Of a stretch of DNA of 64,000 nucleotides, positions 39,212-49,685 are shown in pieces (position 1 is the stretch's first letter; each line of letters begins with the position of its first letter). Source of the stretch: Vampirovibrionales bacterium (GTDB lineage: Bacteria; Cyanobacteriota; Vampirovibrionia; Vampirovibrionales; Vampirovibrionaceae); NCBI GenBank assembly GCA_035285165.1, contig JAYKHP010000007.1, positions 17,380-81,379 on the forward strand. The letters are read 5' to 3'. The notes beneath the pieces were generated by a model. It had not been told where the DNA came from, did no database searches, and was given only the letters and a program-made list of their open reading frames with translations. A program made the position numbers and the translations under genes.

Positions 39212-40719
39212 CGTTCATCAGTACCGTCTTCAGATTCGTTAGTACCGTCTTCAGATTCGTTTTCTTCATCGTCATACGCATCTGCATCCTCCCCATTTTC
39301 ATCACCAGGAGCGGATTTTACGGCTCCCCTGGCCGAGGCCAGCTTTCGCCGCGCGCGGGGTGACATGAAAGATTCGTCGCTGTCATCGGGGAGATAATCG
39401 AACTCCAGGCCCGCGATGCTAATCACATGGCCTTCGTGGGCGCCCGCTGCCGCCAGGGCCGAGAAGACGCCCATCGCTTTTAGGATGTTCATCAGCCGAA
39501 AGACCGCAGCGCGGTTTTTCATATCCGTAACCTGAAACAGCCGATCGATTTTACCGCCATCAACAAAGAACTGCTTGCCCTTGCGCTCGATTTCAAACGC
39601 GCTGTCGTCATTGTTGAACGCTTTGTAATCGGCGACCAGTTCCACAACCTGTTCCTGTTTGGGAATCGCGTCGAGTTGGGCGAATAAATGAGACAGCAAC
39701 TGATCCACCCCTTGCCGTGTGGCGGCTGAAATGGCAAAGACACCCGGTTCAAAGGCGGCCATTTCAGGACTGTTATGCTTGCTTTTGGCGGTATCCGCTT
39801 CTGCCCTGAACTTGGCTCTTAGTGTTTCCACATAATCCTCGGGCACCGAATCCATTTTATTCAGCACCAGAATTTGGGGTTTTTTGGATAACAGGCCGCT
39901 GTACTTTTCAAGTTCCTGGTTAATCAGGCGGAAGTTTTCAAGCGCCTGGCCTTCGCGCTCTTCAAGATCAACGGTCATATCGATCACATGAACCAGTAGC
40001 CTTGTCCGCTCGACATGGCGAAGAAACTCATGGCCAAGACCCACGCCGCTGTGCGCGCCTTCGACAAGCCCTGGAATATCAGCCACGACCACGCCGTTGC
40101 CGTCTGGTTTTTTTACCACGCCAAGATTCGGTACCAGCGTTGTAAAGGGATAATTGGCGATTTTTGGCTTGGCTGCGCTGATCACACTAATCAGCGTGGA
40201 TTTTCCCGCATTTGGCAGGCCAATGATCCCCACTTCGGCAATCAGTTTCAGCTCCAGCTCCAGCTCACGCTCAATGGCCGGTTCGCCTGGTTCCGAGAAC
40301 TGGGGGGCCTGGTTTTTGGAGGTCATAAAACGCGCGTTTCCACGTCCTCCGCGACCGCCAATGGCCACGACAACCTGCTGGCCTTCCATCGTCAAATCGG
40401 CGATGGCATCACCGGTTTCGCCATCGCGGACAATGGTGCCGCAGGGAACACGAATGGTGAGATCCTTGCCGCTTTTGCCATGCATGTTCTTGTTCATGCC
40501 TTTTTCGCCATCGCCCGCCTTAAAGATCGACTGGTGCTTGAAGTCCAGCAGCGTATTGAGATCCTCGGTGGCCTCGATAATGATATCGCCGCCCTTGCCG
40601 CCATCGCCGCCCGCCGGGCCGCCAAAAGCGACGAATTTCTCGCGCCGCCAGGCCACGATGCCATTGCCGCCTGAGCCTGACTTGACGTGGATTTTTGCCT
40701 TGTCGATAAATGTTGCCAT
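39208..40719 (-). CDS. obg: GTPase Obg/CgtA with extended C-terminal domain and acidic tail
   Basis: Obg fold N-terminus (MATFIDKAKIHVKSGSGGNG...GGKGGDII), G-domain motifs (GLPNAGKST, DIPGL, NKMD) and an NESEDGT-repeat acidic tail. Confidence 0.9.
   Translation of the reverse strand: MATFIDKAKIHVKSGSGGNGIVAWRREKFVAFGGPAGGDGGKGGDIIIEATEDLNTLLDFKHQSIFKAGDGEKGMNKNMHGKSGKDLTIRVPCGTIVRDGETGDAIADLTMEGQQVVVAIGGRGGRGNARFMTSKNQAPQFSEPGEPAIERELELELKLIAEVGIIGLPNAGKSTLISVISAAKPKIANYPFTTLVPNLGVVKKPDGNGVVVADIPGLVEGAHSGVGLGHEFLRHVERTRLLVHVIDMTVDLEEREGQALENFRLINQELEKYSGLLSKKPQILVLNKMDSVPEDYVETLRAKFRAEADTAKSKHNSPEMAAFEPGVFAISAATRQGVDQLLSHLFAQLDAIPKQEQVVELVADYKAFNNDDSAFEIERKGKQFFVDGGKIDRLFQVTDMKNRAAVFRLMNILKAMGVFSALAAAGAHEGHVISIAGLEFDYLPDDSDESFMSPRARRKLASARGAVKSAPGDENGEDADAYDDEENESEDGTNESEDGTDER
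39220..39261. repeat. Perfect 21-bp tandem duplication (AGTACCGTCTTCAGATTCGTT x2) inside the obg 3' end
   Basis: Read directly; it encodes the duplicated heptad NESEDGT of the acidic tail. Confidence 0.85.
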
Positions 40720-40864
40720 AGGCTGTGTCTGGAACCTGCTTTTAAAATCTAATGAGCCGACGAACGATATTCAGCCCTTATAATAGAGGAAAGACGGATG
40801 AGGGGACAGGCACAGGTCTTCTTTTCGCCATTTATAGTTTTTGCCTGGAGTTAGAGTTTCCATG

Positions 40865-41908
40865 AATTTTCGCTGTATCAATTTTCGTCTTTCAGGACGC
40901 TCCTTTGCCTTAATGGTCGGCTTACTGGGGGTTTTAAGCCTCTCGCCGATTGCGGATTCAATGGCCGGACGAATCATTGCCAACGCTCCGGTGCCGCCTG
41001 TTACAACAGACCTGAACAGCCAGGCGCCGCAATCGCCTCAAGTTCAATTGGCTAACCCTCATTTGGCGGGTGCCGCCCTGCCGCTGGCAGCCGTTACCCT
41101 CAAGGCCGACGCTTCGGTCAGGCAGGGGGAAACGTTTTCCGTGACGCTGGATATGCCCGAAAAAGTGGACGTGCCCCAAAGAGTGGAGGCTCCCCAAAAA
41201 AATGCGGAAGCACTCTACGCCATTTATCTGGACAAGAAAATCCCGCTGTTTCAGACTGCGGTGGGGCATTATGTGGGCTGGATGCCCGTGTCCGTCTTTC
41301 AGAAGGTGGGTCAATTCACGCTGGGTATAAGAGACAAGCAGAATCGCCTCCTGGCCTCGCAGCCCGTGACGGTTGCCGATGCGAAATTCAACATCCAGAA
41401 CATCAAGGTCAGTAAGTCGATGGGCGGCTTGCAGCCGGAACCAGGAGAACTGGACACCGTGGCCAACCTGAAACAAATCGTGAGCTGGCAGAAATTCTGG
41501 GACGGGGAATTTATATCGCCTACAACCGATTGCCAGAATTCCCCTTTTGGCAACCTGCGTTATCATAACGGCAAGCCCACCGGGGATTATCACAAGGGGG
41601 TCGATCTGCGCTCGCCGCTTGGCAGGCCGATTAAGGCGATTAATGGCGGTAAGGTTGTAATTGCCCGTAAATTCAGGCTTCATGGTGGAACCGTGGGTCT
41701 TGATCACGGCTATGGCTTTACTTCCATTTATATTCATATGTCCCAAATCAACGTCAAGCCGGGCCAGGTGGTGAAAAAAGGCGATGTTATCGGGAAAGTG
41801 GGTGCTACAGGCTTTGCCACAGGCCCGCACCTGCATTGGGGCCTTTTCGTCAATGGATTGCCGGTCAACCCCAGCCAGTGGGTGCATAACGTCCCGCGCT
41901 GCGGTTAG
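40865..41908 (+). CDS. M23 family metallopeptidase (LytM domain), secreted
   Basis: Signal peptide; HKGVDL...GYGFTSIYIHMS...GATGFATGPHLHW M23 motifs. Confidence 0.8.
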   Translation, partial: NFRCINFRLSGRSFALMVGLLGVLSLSPIADSMAGRIIANAPVPPVTTDLNSQAPQSPQVQLANPHLAGAALPLAAVTLKADASVRQGETFSVTLDMPEKVDVPQRVEAPQKNAEALYAIYLDKKIPLFQTAVGHYVGWMPVSVFQKVGQFTLGIRDKQNRLLASQPVTVADAKFNIQNIKVSKSMGGLQPEPGELDTVANLKQIVSWQKFWDGEFISPTTDCQNSPFGNLRYHNGKPTGDYHKGVDLRSPLGRPIKAINGGKVVIARKFRLHGGTVGLDHGYGFTSIYIHMSQINVKPGQVVKKGDVIGKVGATGFATGPHLHWGLFVNGLPVNPSQWVHNVPRCG

Positions 41909-41962
41909 GCTTATTTAAACATGCAGCAATAAAACTGCTTCAGGGACGTATAATTCAATATC

Positions 41963-43135
41963 ATGAGCATGCCGACCCTTCCTGTTTCCCCATATCGCTC
42001 GGGGCCGCTTAATGGCCTTCAGCCTGATTTTGCCTCGCAGATTATCGGGATTTCTCCCGAATCTCTTGCCGTAGCGCCCCATCACACCGGACGTCCTATC
42101 GGGCAGATGAACATCCTGACGGCTGACACGCTTCAACTGAGCGATCCGAGCGCAAAACCCCTCAGTATCACCCAGCCGGTGCCCTCTCTGGCGCTTGAAA
42201 AAACAGACGCCATCAAGCGCTTTGCCGTCATCGGCGATGCCGGAACGGGCGAGGATGGCCAGTTTGACATCGCCCAGGGGTTACAGCGGGAATTTCAGCG
42301 CCAGCCCTTTGCGTCCACTCTGGTTTTAGGGGATAACGCCTATCCCAAGTATCAAGATGCAAGCCAGCTTGAGGCGGTGTTTGACCGGTGCATCGGAACG
42401 CCTTACATGCCCTTGAAAGAGCAGGGGATTCGTTTTTTCCCGGTTCTGGGCAATCACGACGTGGACAAGCAGGACTTTGGCGGCTTGAACCAGTTGAAGT
42501 ACTGGTCGCGCCTGAATGATATTTTCAGCAATGAGGCCCAAGTGCCGCGCTATTATAGCCAGCGTCTTGGCAACACCGAGATTTTCGCCCTTGATGCCAC
42601 GGTTTTCTTTCCCTACTATGGCGACTCTTACAATAAAAACCCCCAGTTTGCCGTTGAGCAGGCCGCCCGGCAGTTGCAATGGCTGGATCAGGCCCTTGGC
42701 CAAAGCGATGCGCGTTTCAAGGTGGTGTATGGCCACTATCCGATTTACTCGGTGACCGAGGGCAAGGAGCCTCCCGGTTTTGTGGCCCAGTGGCGGCAGT
42801 TGATCGAACCCTTGCTGAACAAACACGGGGTGGATGTTTATCTGGCGGGCCATAACCATGATTATGAAAAAGCCGAGGTGAATGGCGTTCATTATTTTGT
42901 CAGCGGCGCGGGCGGACGTTTGGCCGAGCATAAGCCGAGCGAGGATTTATTCCCGATTTATCCGGTTGAGAAAATGATTACCCAGCGCCATTTTATGATG
43001 TTTGAGGAAAAGCCTGACGGGCTGGCCTATCAGGTGATTGGCCAGGACGCGAATCAACAGCGCGTGATTCTCGATGAAGGCGTGATTCCTGACAAGAAAA
43101 AAAGCGCCGAGAATTTGTTCCCGGTTAATCGTTAG
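41963..43135 (+). CDS. Calcineurin-like metallophosphoesterase (purple-acid-phosphatase-like)
   Basis: GDAGTG, GDNAY, GNHD and GHNHDYE metallophosphatase motifs. Confidence 0.75.
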   Translation: MSMPTLPVSPYRSGPLNGLQPDFASQIIGISPESLAVAPHHTGRPIGQMNILTADTLQLSDPSAKPLSITQPVPSLALEKTDAIKRFAVIGDAGTGEDGQFDIAQGLQREFQRQPFASTLVLGDNAYPKYQDASQLEAVFDRCIGTPYMPLKEQGIRFFPVLGNHDVDKQDFGGLNQLKYWSRLNDIFSNEAQVPRYYSQRLGNTEIFALDATVFFPYYGDSYNKNPQFAVEQAARQLQWLDQALGQSDARFKVVYGHYPIYSVTEGKEPPGFVAQWRQLIEPLLNKHGVDVYLAGHNHDYEKAEVNGVHYFVSGAGGRLAEHKPSEDLFPIYPVEKMITQRHFMMFEEKPDGLAYQVIGQDANQQRVILDEGVIPDKKKSAENLFPVNR

Positions 43136-43850
43136 CGGGTTTGGTGGATGCTTCGCGTTGGTAAGTGCCAACAAGATCGGCTTTTTCGATAACGTGGCCT
43201 GACATCATTCGATCCAAGTCCAGGCGCTTGCTGGCGCGGGGAAGATTAATCACCGTATCGAGCGCGAAAACCCTGAAGTGGTAATGGTGGGCATCGGTCT
43301 TTTTGTTGATCCTGCCGTTCTCGCTTTTTTTAATCGATGGGCAAGGGCCACCGTATCCGATCTGTCCAAAATCATTCGACGCCATTGGCACCAGCGAGGG
43401 CAGTTTTCCCTCCGGCACAACAAACGGCTTTGGCGCCACGTTCCAGAACGCCAGATGCGTCCAGTTGCGCGTGGGCGCGTCGGGATCATCAATAATCAGT
43501 GCCAGGCTCTTCGTCTTGGGCGGAATGTTATAAACCATCAACGGGGGGACAATGTTTCGACCGTCACAGGTATATTCCTTGGGAATGGCCTCACCATCTT
43601 TAAAGGCTGAACTGCTGACGGTGAATTTTTTGGGTGTTTCTTTTTTATCCGCCTCCTCTGTATCTGCCTCTTCGGCCCAAAGCAGGGGCGAGAAAAAAAG
43701 CGCGATAATGCCAAGTGCAATCAAGACTTGTAAAAAGCCGACCATATAAGACAACCAGTTTTTGGGCGAAAAATACGAGGAAGGGATTCCGCTTGGAAAA
43801 GGTTTCATGATGGGGCCAGCCTTTCTGGGCGATTGAAGTTTCCGCGACAT
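43125..43850 (-). CDS. YbhB/YbcL (PEBP/Raf-kinase-inhibitor-like) family protein with N-terminal signal/TM segment
   Basis: YTCDGRNIVPPL...LALIIDDPDAPT...WTHLAFWNV are PEBP family motifs. Confidence 0.75.
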   Translation of the reverse strand: MSRKLQSPRKAGPIMKPFPSGIPSSYFSPKNWLSYMVGFLQVLIALGIIALFFSPLLWAEEADTEEADKKETPKKFTVSSSAFKDGEAIPKEYTCDGRNIVPPLMVYNIPPKTKSLALIIDDPDAPTRNWTHLAFWNVAPKPFVVPEGKLPSLVPMASNDFGQIGYGGPCPSIKKSENGRINKKTDAHHYHFRVFALDTVINLPRASKRLDLDRMMSGHVIEKADLVGTYQREASTKPAND

Positions 43851-43863
43851 TTAATAAGAACGC

Positions 43864-43902
43864 CTGGATGCGATAACTGGATGCAATAATTGGACGCTAT
43901 AA
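43864..43902. promoter_or_regulatory. Three tandem 13-bp repeats (CTGGATGCGATAA / CTGGATGCAATAA / TTGGACGCTATAA) just upstream of the PEBP-like gene
   Basis: Read directly. Confidence 0.5.
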
Positions 43903-44080
43903 AACGTTCGTGCAATAGGCCAAAGCCTATCCTGCCGGGGGAGTAAAAATCTTTAAAAATCTCTAACACTCTCAAGACCGGATGATGAAACACCGATCTT
44001 ACACCTGGCCCCTATTATACTAATCACTCGCCAGGGTGGGCAATGGGCCGAAGCTTTTTCTGCTTTTATTTAAGTTCGTT

Positions 44081-44530
44081 TTATTTAAATTCAATCAGGC
44101 CTTGCATCATGTCCATCGTGCAATGAAACGGAAGCTTGCCAGCGTTCTGGGCAGGTAGCGTTACTTTGTAAGTGCTGTGGTTGGGAACACTGAAACGCTT
44201 TGCCAGGCTTGGGATTTCAATATCCCGCGCGCAACTGGAAACATCTTCGTCCCTGAAAAATTCCATCAACAGCGGTACACCTGCCTTGGCGATAATATGC
44301 GACGGTTCGTAGGCATGATTAATGGTGACGATAATTTTTTGTGACTGCCCGTCCGGACTGAGCTTGGCTTCTTCAGGTTTTGAATTTGCGGCTGGCTTTG
44401 AACTGGCGGGTGAACCATGGCTTCCCTCTGTCTTTGGCCCGCAAGCGGCGAAAAGAAAGGTCGAGAGGATTAGCGCACTGAGTGAGGCGATGGCCAGAAT
44501 GGTCTGAAAAAACTTAAAATGGCATCTCAT
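44081..44530 (-). CDS. Cupredoxin-like lipoprotein (possible copper-binding; FHCTMDMMQG motif)
   Basis: Lipobox LFAAC after MRCHFKFFQTILAIASLSAL. The C-terminal H-C-x-M-x-M-M pattern resembles a Cupredoxin_1-type domain. Start taken at 44530. Confidence 0.5.
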   Translation of the reverse strand: MRCHFKFFQTILAIASLSALILSTFLFAACGPKTEGSHGSPASSKPAANSKPEEAKLSPDGQSQKIIVTINHAYEPSHIIAKAGVPLLMEFFRDEDVSSCARDIEIPSLAKRFSVPNHSTYKVTLPAQNAGKLPFHCTMDMMQGLIEFK

Positions 44531-44624
44531 CGGGGGCCTTCCTTTTGTTTCGATTTGAATCAAATGTAAATGAAAGGGGATTAAAAAATAAGCTGCTTTT
44601 GGCTATGCTGTTGGAATAAAACCT

Positions 44625-45341
44625 GTGAGGATGAAACCTGTGGGAATAAAGCCAGAAACGCTGATTCATCAGGAAGACGAATTGCTGGTGCTGACGATGC
44701 CGGTTGGGCCGCTGCAATGCAATTGTACGATCATTGGGGATTTGAAAGCAAAGCAGGCGATTGTCATTGATCCGGGCGGCGATGCCGATGAGATTCTCTC
44801 GATTTTGCACCAGCATCAATTAAAGCTGACGCGGATTTTACATACGCATGCGCACTTTGACCATTTTATGGCCTCAGGAATTTTAAGGGAGGCGACCGAA
44901 GCCCCATTGGCGCTGCATTCTGCGGATCGCTTCCTGTGGGATAATCTGGAGACACAGTGCCAGCGGTATATGATTCCCTTTATCGCCGTACCTCCGCCGG
45001 ATGAGACGATTGCGCACGAGCAGGAATATAATCTCCCCCATTGTGCCTGTATGGCCATCCATACGCCGGGTCATACGCCTGGTTCCACCTCGTTTTACCT
45101 TGAAGGCCAGAAGCTCCTGGTGGCGGGTGATACCCTGTTTCGCCGCTCGATTGGCCGAACGGATCTCTGGGGAGGCGATGCCAAGCAGATTGAGCGTTCA
45201 ATTCAAAAGCGTTTGTATACGCTGGATGAAGAGGCGACGGTGGTGACAGGCCATGGCCCCACAACGGTGCTTGGCGATGAAATGCGCCATAACCCATACG
45301 TCAGCGTAAGCCCCGCTAACGCCAAAAGATCCCGCTATTAG
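44625..45341 (+). CDS. MBL-fold metallo-hydrolase (glyoxalase II-like)
   Basis: HTHAHFDH metal-binding motif plus downstream HTPGHTPG and GDTLF. Confidence 0.8.
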   Translation: MRMKPVGIKPETLIHQEDELLVLTMPVGPLQCNCTIIGDLKAKQAIVIDPGGDADEILSILHQHQLKLTRILHTHAHFDHFMASGILREATEAPLALHSADRFLWDNLETQCQRYMIPFIAVPPPDETIAHEQEYNLPHCACMAIHTPGHTPGSTSFYLEGQKLLVAGDTLFRRSIGRTDLWGGDAKQIERSIQKRLYTLDEEATVVTGHGPTTVLGDEMRHNPYVSVSPANAKRSRY

Positions 45342-45871
45342 CGTTGCTGAATATAGTGCTGAAGATTGGCCATTTCAAGGGCGGCCAGGGCGACATCCAT
45401 ACCCTTGTTTTCAGCCTTTTGTCCTTCGTGCGTTTTAAATCCGGCGCGTGCTTCTGCTTGTTCCAGATTCTCGGTGGTCAGCACGCCAAACATAATGGGC
45501 ACACCGCTTTGAAGGCTCGCCTCGTTGATGCCGCGTGCCGACTCGTTGCAGACATAATCATAATGGGTGGTTTCACCGCGAATCACGCAGCCAAGGGCGA
45601 TAATCGCCGCGTATTTTCCCGTTTTGGCAAGGCTCAGGCTTGCCAACGGCAGCTCAAACGCGCCAGGAACCCACGCGACATCAATGTCCTGCGGGCTTAC
45701 GCCTTGCTCGATCAGGGTATTATAAGCGTTTTCAAGCAGCGGTTCGGTGATATGGCTGTTGAAACGCGAGACGGTGATGGCCAATTTGAAGCCACGGCCC
45801 TCGGTACTGACCGCAAAGCTTGGAATCTCTGGCCTTGCCTGAGACTTACTCTGAAATCGTAAATTACTCAT
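45338..45871 (-). CDS. ribH: 6,7-dimethyl-8-ribityllumazine synthase
   Basis: 177 aa; [22 protein letters not shown]...[16 protein letters not shown]. Confidence 0.9.
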   Translation of the reverse strand: MSNLRFQSKSQARPEIPSFAVSTEGRGFKLAITVSRFNSHITEPLLENAYNTLIEQGVSPQDIDVAWVPGAFELPLASLSLAKTGKYAAIIALGCVIRGETTHYDYVCNESARGINEASLQSGVPIMFGVLTTENLEQAEARAGFKTHEGQKAENKGMDVALAALEMANLQHYIQQR

Positions 45872-47219
45872 GAGGGCTACTTACCGGCTTTAAGAGAGGG
45901 TCTTCCGACGCGAAGTTAAGCAAGTGTCCCAGCTTGTTCTGCTTGGCCTTCAGGTATTGCTCATTATGACGGTTGGTGTCGGAGATAATCGGTACGCGAT
46001 CCACCAGTTGCAGGCCATAGCCTTCCAGTCCCCGAAGTTTTCTCGGATTGTTGGTCAGCAGGTTAAATTGGCGAATGCCTAAATCTAGTAAAATTTGTGC
46101 CCCAACGCCATAGTGGCGAAGGTCTGCGGGAAACCCCATTTCCAGGTTGGCTTCCACGGTGTCCATGCCGCTGTCCTGAAGCTCGTAAGCCTTTATTTTA
46201 TTGGCAAGACCGATGCCCCGACCTTCATGGTTACGCATATAGACCAACACGCCCTTACCGTAATCGTTAATCTGTTCAAGCGCCGCATGAAGCTGAAACC
46301 CGCAGTCGCAGCGAAGGCTGTGCAGGATATCCCCGGTCAGGCATTCGCTATGAACCCGCACCAACGGCAATTGGTCGGTTTCGTCGATACCGGTATCGGC
46401 TGGCATCCCCACATTGCCTTTGACAAGCGCCAGATGCTCGTGGCCATCCAGAGCGTTTCTATAGGCGATGACCTGAAATTCCCCAAAGCGTGTCGGAAGC
46501 GTCGCTTCGGCTTCCCTCACCACCATCCGCTCATGGCGCAGGCGATAGTTAATCAACTGGGCCACGGTAATGAACTTCAGGTTGAATTTTTGGGCAAAGG
46601 CGAAGAGGTCGTTTCGGCGGGCCATCGTGCCATCCGGGTTTAAAATCTCGCAAATCACGCCGCTGGGGTGTAATCCCGCAAGCCTGGCAAGATCAACGCT
46701 AGCCTCGGTCTGCCCGACCCGCTCCAGAACACCGCCGGGCTTGCTTTGCAGGGGGAAAATATGCCCCGGGCGTCTTAAATCGGAAGGAACCGCGTCGGGA
46801 GCGACTGCAACCTTGATGGTATTGGCCCTGTCTGATGCTGAGATGCCGGTGGTGACGCCGTATTTTGGGGCAGCGTCCACGCTGACGGTAAAGGCGGTGC
46901 TGTAAAGGTCGTTGCCCTGGCTGACCATCGGGTAAAGCTGTAGCTGGTCGCAGGTTTCAGGCGTCAGTGTCAGGCAAATGAGTCCCCGGCCTTCGCTTGC
47001 CATAAAGTTAATAATGTCATCGGTGACTTTTTGGGCCGCGCAAACCAGATCGCCTTCGTTTTCCCTGTCTTCATCATCGGCCACAATCACCATTTCGCCG
47101 TTTTGAATAGCCTTAATGGCTTCTTCCACGGTGCTGTAGCCCTGAGACACCAGCGATTGCTCGTGGTCGGGGTTCTCGTAATGATAAGGGAAGGATTTGG
47201 AGCTTTTCGAGTTTTTCAT
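45864..47219 (-). CDS. ribBA: Bifunctional 3,4-dihydroxy-2-butanone-4-phosphate synthase / GTP cyclohydrolase II
   Basis: DHBP synthase N-half ([12 protein letters not shown]) and GTP cyclohydrolase II C-half ([15 protein letters not shown]...NHEGRGIGL). Confidence 0.9.
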   Translation of the reverse strand: MKNSKSSKSFPYHYENPDHEQSLVSQGYSTVEEAIKAIQNGEMVIVADDEDRENEGDLVCAAQKVTDDIINFMASEGRGLICLTLTPETCDQLQLYPMVSQGNDLYSTAFTVSVDAAPKYGVTTGISASDRANTIKVAVAPDAVPSDLRRPGHIFPLQSKPGGVLERVGQTEASVDLARLAGLHPSGVICEILNPDGTMARRNDLFAFAQKFNLKFITVAQLINYRLRHERMVVREAEATLPTRFGEFQVIAYRNALDGHEHLALVKGNVGMPADTGIDETDQLPLVRVHSECLTGDILHSLRCDCGFQLHAALEQINDYGKGVLVYMRNHEGRGIGLANKIKAYELQDSGMDTVEANLEMGFPADLRHYGVGAQILLDLGIRQFNLLTNNPRKLRGLEGYGLQLVDRVPIISDTNRHNEQYLKAKQNKLGHLLNFASEDPLLKPVSSPHE

Positions 47220-47249
47220 GGTGTTGACTGCGTCTTATTTTCTAAGCGG

Positions 47250-48032
47250 CTATAAAATGGGTTTTTCGGGCCAATGCATCGTTTCGGCGGGGACAGAGCC
47301 TGGCACGTGACCGTGGATGGCCTCATCATGATTAAACCAGAGCCCGGCGAAAAGTTTTCCGGCAGAAGCGGCGTCACTGGCAGTGCCTTGCCGGTAGTGG
47401 CCCAGTGCCGGGCCGAGCAGTTTATGGACGTACTTGCCGAGCAGGTCGCATTCGATATTGACGGTGTCGAAGCCATCGTCGCCAGCGGGGGAAAAATCGC
47501 CCAGGTTGGTGTGGGTAAGGGTATGCGGAATGATGGCTACGGTGAACGCCTGTTTTTCAACCGTATTCACGGTTAGGCTGATACCGTTGACCGTGACCGA
47601 CCCCTTGGGAATCAGATAGGCGGCAAGGCTTGGGTCATCCAGCAGGAAACGGTAAATCCAGCTGTTGCCCTCCCGGAACTTGGCCAGAACGTTGGCGGTG
47701 CCGTCCACGTGTCCCGTGACGAAATGGCCGCCGAGACGACTAGTGGGGGTTAGTGGACGTTCCAGGTTAACGCGTCTTTTGCCTTTTTCGTAGTATCGAA
47801 ATGTGGTTTTGGATAGCGTTTCAGGGCTGGCTTCAATTGAAAACGCTGTCTCACCTTCTATTTCATCCAGTGAAACGACGGTTGTGCAAGCCCCGTCAAT
47901 GGCGATACTGTCCCCCAGTCTGGCCTCGGCCAGGAAAGCCGCGTCGGGGACGCGAATGGTAATCCGACTACCCTCTGTGCTTTGGGATACGGTGTGGATG
48001 TGTCCAATGGCTTCAATGAGGCCGGTAAACAT
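47250..48032 (-). CDS. ribE: Riboflavin synthase alpha subunit with a ~50-aa C-terminal extension
   Basis: MFTGLIEAIG... and two lumazine-binding repeats. Confidence 0.85.
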   Translation of the reverse strand: MFTGLIEAIGHIHTVSQSTEGSRITIRVPDAAFLAEARLGDSIAIDGACTTVVSLDEIEGETAFSIEASPETLSKTTFRYYEKGKRRVNLERPLTPTSRLGGHFVTGHVDGTANVLAKFREGNSWIYRFLLDDPSLAAYLIPKGSVTVNGISLTVNTVEKQAFTVAIIPHTLTHTNLGDFSPAGDDGFDTVNIECDLLGKYVHKLLGPALGHYRQGTASDAASAGKLFAGLWFNHDEAIHGHVPGSVPAETMHWPEKPIL

Positions 48033-48377
48033 CGCTGGCCCTTTTTTGTATGTGCTTGAGTCAAAACTTTGTATGGGTTTGCGTCAAAACAAGGTTGACC
48101 TTAGGGAGTATTTTAGCCAAAACACTGCTTTGCCGATACTGATCCTTAAAACCTGCCGTTTCGGAAAAACTTGCCGTTTCTGCTCAGGAAATTGATCCAA
48201 TGGCCGAGGCCGAATCATCCATTTGCCCGTTACCGTTGGCCAAAACCCAGGCTATCCTGAAAGAAACTTTTGCATGAAATGGCCTCTGCCTTTCATTTTT
48301 CAGGTTTTTTGGGTTTCTCCGGATTTATGGAAATCCTTTATTTGCGCCCTTACGGCAGTAACCTTGCTGGATTCATT

Positions 48378-49685
48378 ATGACGCAAGTCCCCCCTCACCA
48401 AAATGTTGGCGGTTCAGGAACTTCTTCCGAGCCGCTCTTTAAAGCGACTGCTGCTTTTAACAGCCCAACCCCTAAAAAAATCCCTGTTCGCATCCCGCTT
48501 TCGGTTCCCTGTCTGGGCCTGGAAGAGGAGCAATCCGTTATGGATTGTGTGAAAAGCGGCTGGGTTTCCTCCATTAGCCCTGTGGTAAAAGCGTTTGAAA
48601 ATGCGTTTGCCCAAAAACTTCTCGTCCCTTATGCGATAGCCACCAATACCGGCACTTCGGCCTTGCACCTGGCGATGTCCGCGCTGGGGATCGGGCCGGG
48701 AGACGAAGTGATTGTTCCCGCGCTGACGTTTATCGCAACGGTTAACCCTGTAAGGTATCTTGGCGCCACACCGGTTTTTGTCGATGTTGAAAGCACGACA
48801 TTCGGGATGAATCCCCTGGCGGTTGAGGCGGCCATTACGGAGAAGACAAGGGCCATTGTGGTGGCCCATCTGTATGGCTTTCCGGCCAGAATCCGGGCGA
48901 TTAAGCAAATCGCTGACAAGCACGGCCTTCCTGTCATTGAAGATGCGGCAGAAGCCCTGGGGGCTGCGGTGGATGGTGATTTCATCGGCACCATTGGCAC
49001 CATTGGCTGCTTCAGTTTTAACGGCAATAAAACCATTACCTGCGGTGGCGGCGGGATGATCGTCACCAAGGACGAGCGTCTGGCTGCGCGTATGCAGCAC
49101 CTTTCAAGTCAGGCCCGGGTTATCGATCCTGAATGTTCGGCTGAAATTACCCATGACGAGGTGGGCTATAATTGCCGGATGACCGGTTTGCAAGCCGCCG
49201 TCGGCATCGCACAACTGGGTAAGATGGATCAGTTTCTCGCCAAAAAACGCAAGATTGCCAGAACTTACGCCCAAACATTGTCGCTGGTTCCCGGGATTCA
49301 GACCAAGTACCTGGCCGAGCCTCTTGTTGAGACGGAGCCTTCCTATTGGTTGGCGGTCAGTTTGCTGGATGAGCCGATGATGCGCAACAAGATAATCGCC
49401 AGGGCGCTTGAAAAAGGCATCGAGTTTCGCCCCTTCTTTAAGCCTCTGCCGATGCTGAAACCTTACCAGCCTTTCGCCAAACATCGCTACCCGGTTGCCG
49501 AAGCGCTCTGGCAGCGGGGGCTTTGCATGCCCAGTTGCCAATCGATGAGCGAGCTTCAGCAGTTGGAAGTCATTCACTTGCTATCGTCTGAATTAACGGC
49601 GTTTAATCACGATAGAAAAAAAGCGGCGGATTTTGCAATTTCTGACAAGAGGACGGCATACTCTCACGTGCATAAGCGACTTTGA
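48378..49685 (+). CDS. DegT/DnrJ/EryC1/StrS family PLP-dependent sugar aminotransferase (LegC/PseC-like)
   Basis: Fold-type I sugar aminotransferase with a conserved lysine region (SFNGNKTITCGGGG); start at MTQV (48378). It has a ~55-aa C-terminal extension that overlaps the convergent GNAT gene. Confidence 0.8.
   Translation: MTQVPPHQNVGGSGTSSEPLFKATAAFNSPTPKKIPVRIPLSVPCLGLEEEQSVMDCVKSGWVSSISPVVKAFENAFAQKLLVPYAIATNTGTSALHLAMSALGIGPGDEVIVPALTFIATVNPVRYLGATPVFVDVESTTFGMNPLAVEAAITEKTRAIVVAHLYGFPARIRAIKQIADKHGLPVIEDAAEALGAAVDGDFIGTIGTIGCFSFNGNKTITCGGGGMIVTKDERLAARMQHLSSQARVIDPECSAEITHDEVGYNCRMTGLQAAVGIAQLGKMDQFLAKKRKIARTYAQTLSLVPGIQTKYLAEPLVETEPSYWLAVSLLDEPMMRNKIIARALEKGIEFRPFFKPLPMLKPYQPFAKHRYPVAEALWQRGLCMPSCQSMSELQQLEVIHLLSSELTAFNHDRKKAADFAISDKRTAYSHVHKRL

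Noticed and set aside
48033-48270. FMN riboswitch upstream of ribE-ribBA-ribH
   Set aside because: I could not find the conserved RFN motifs on the minus strand by eye. It is reported only as a low-interest absence, to be settled by an Infernal search.
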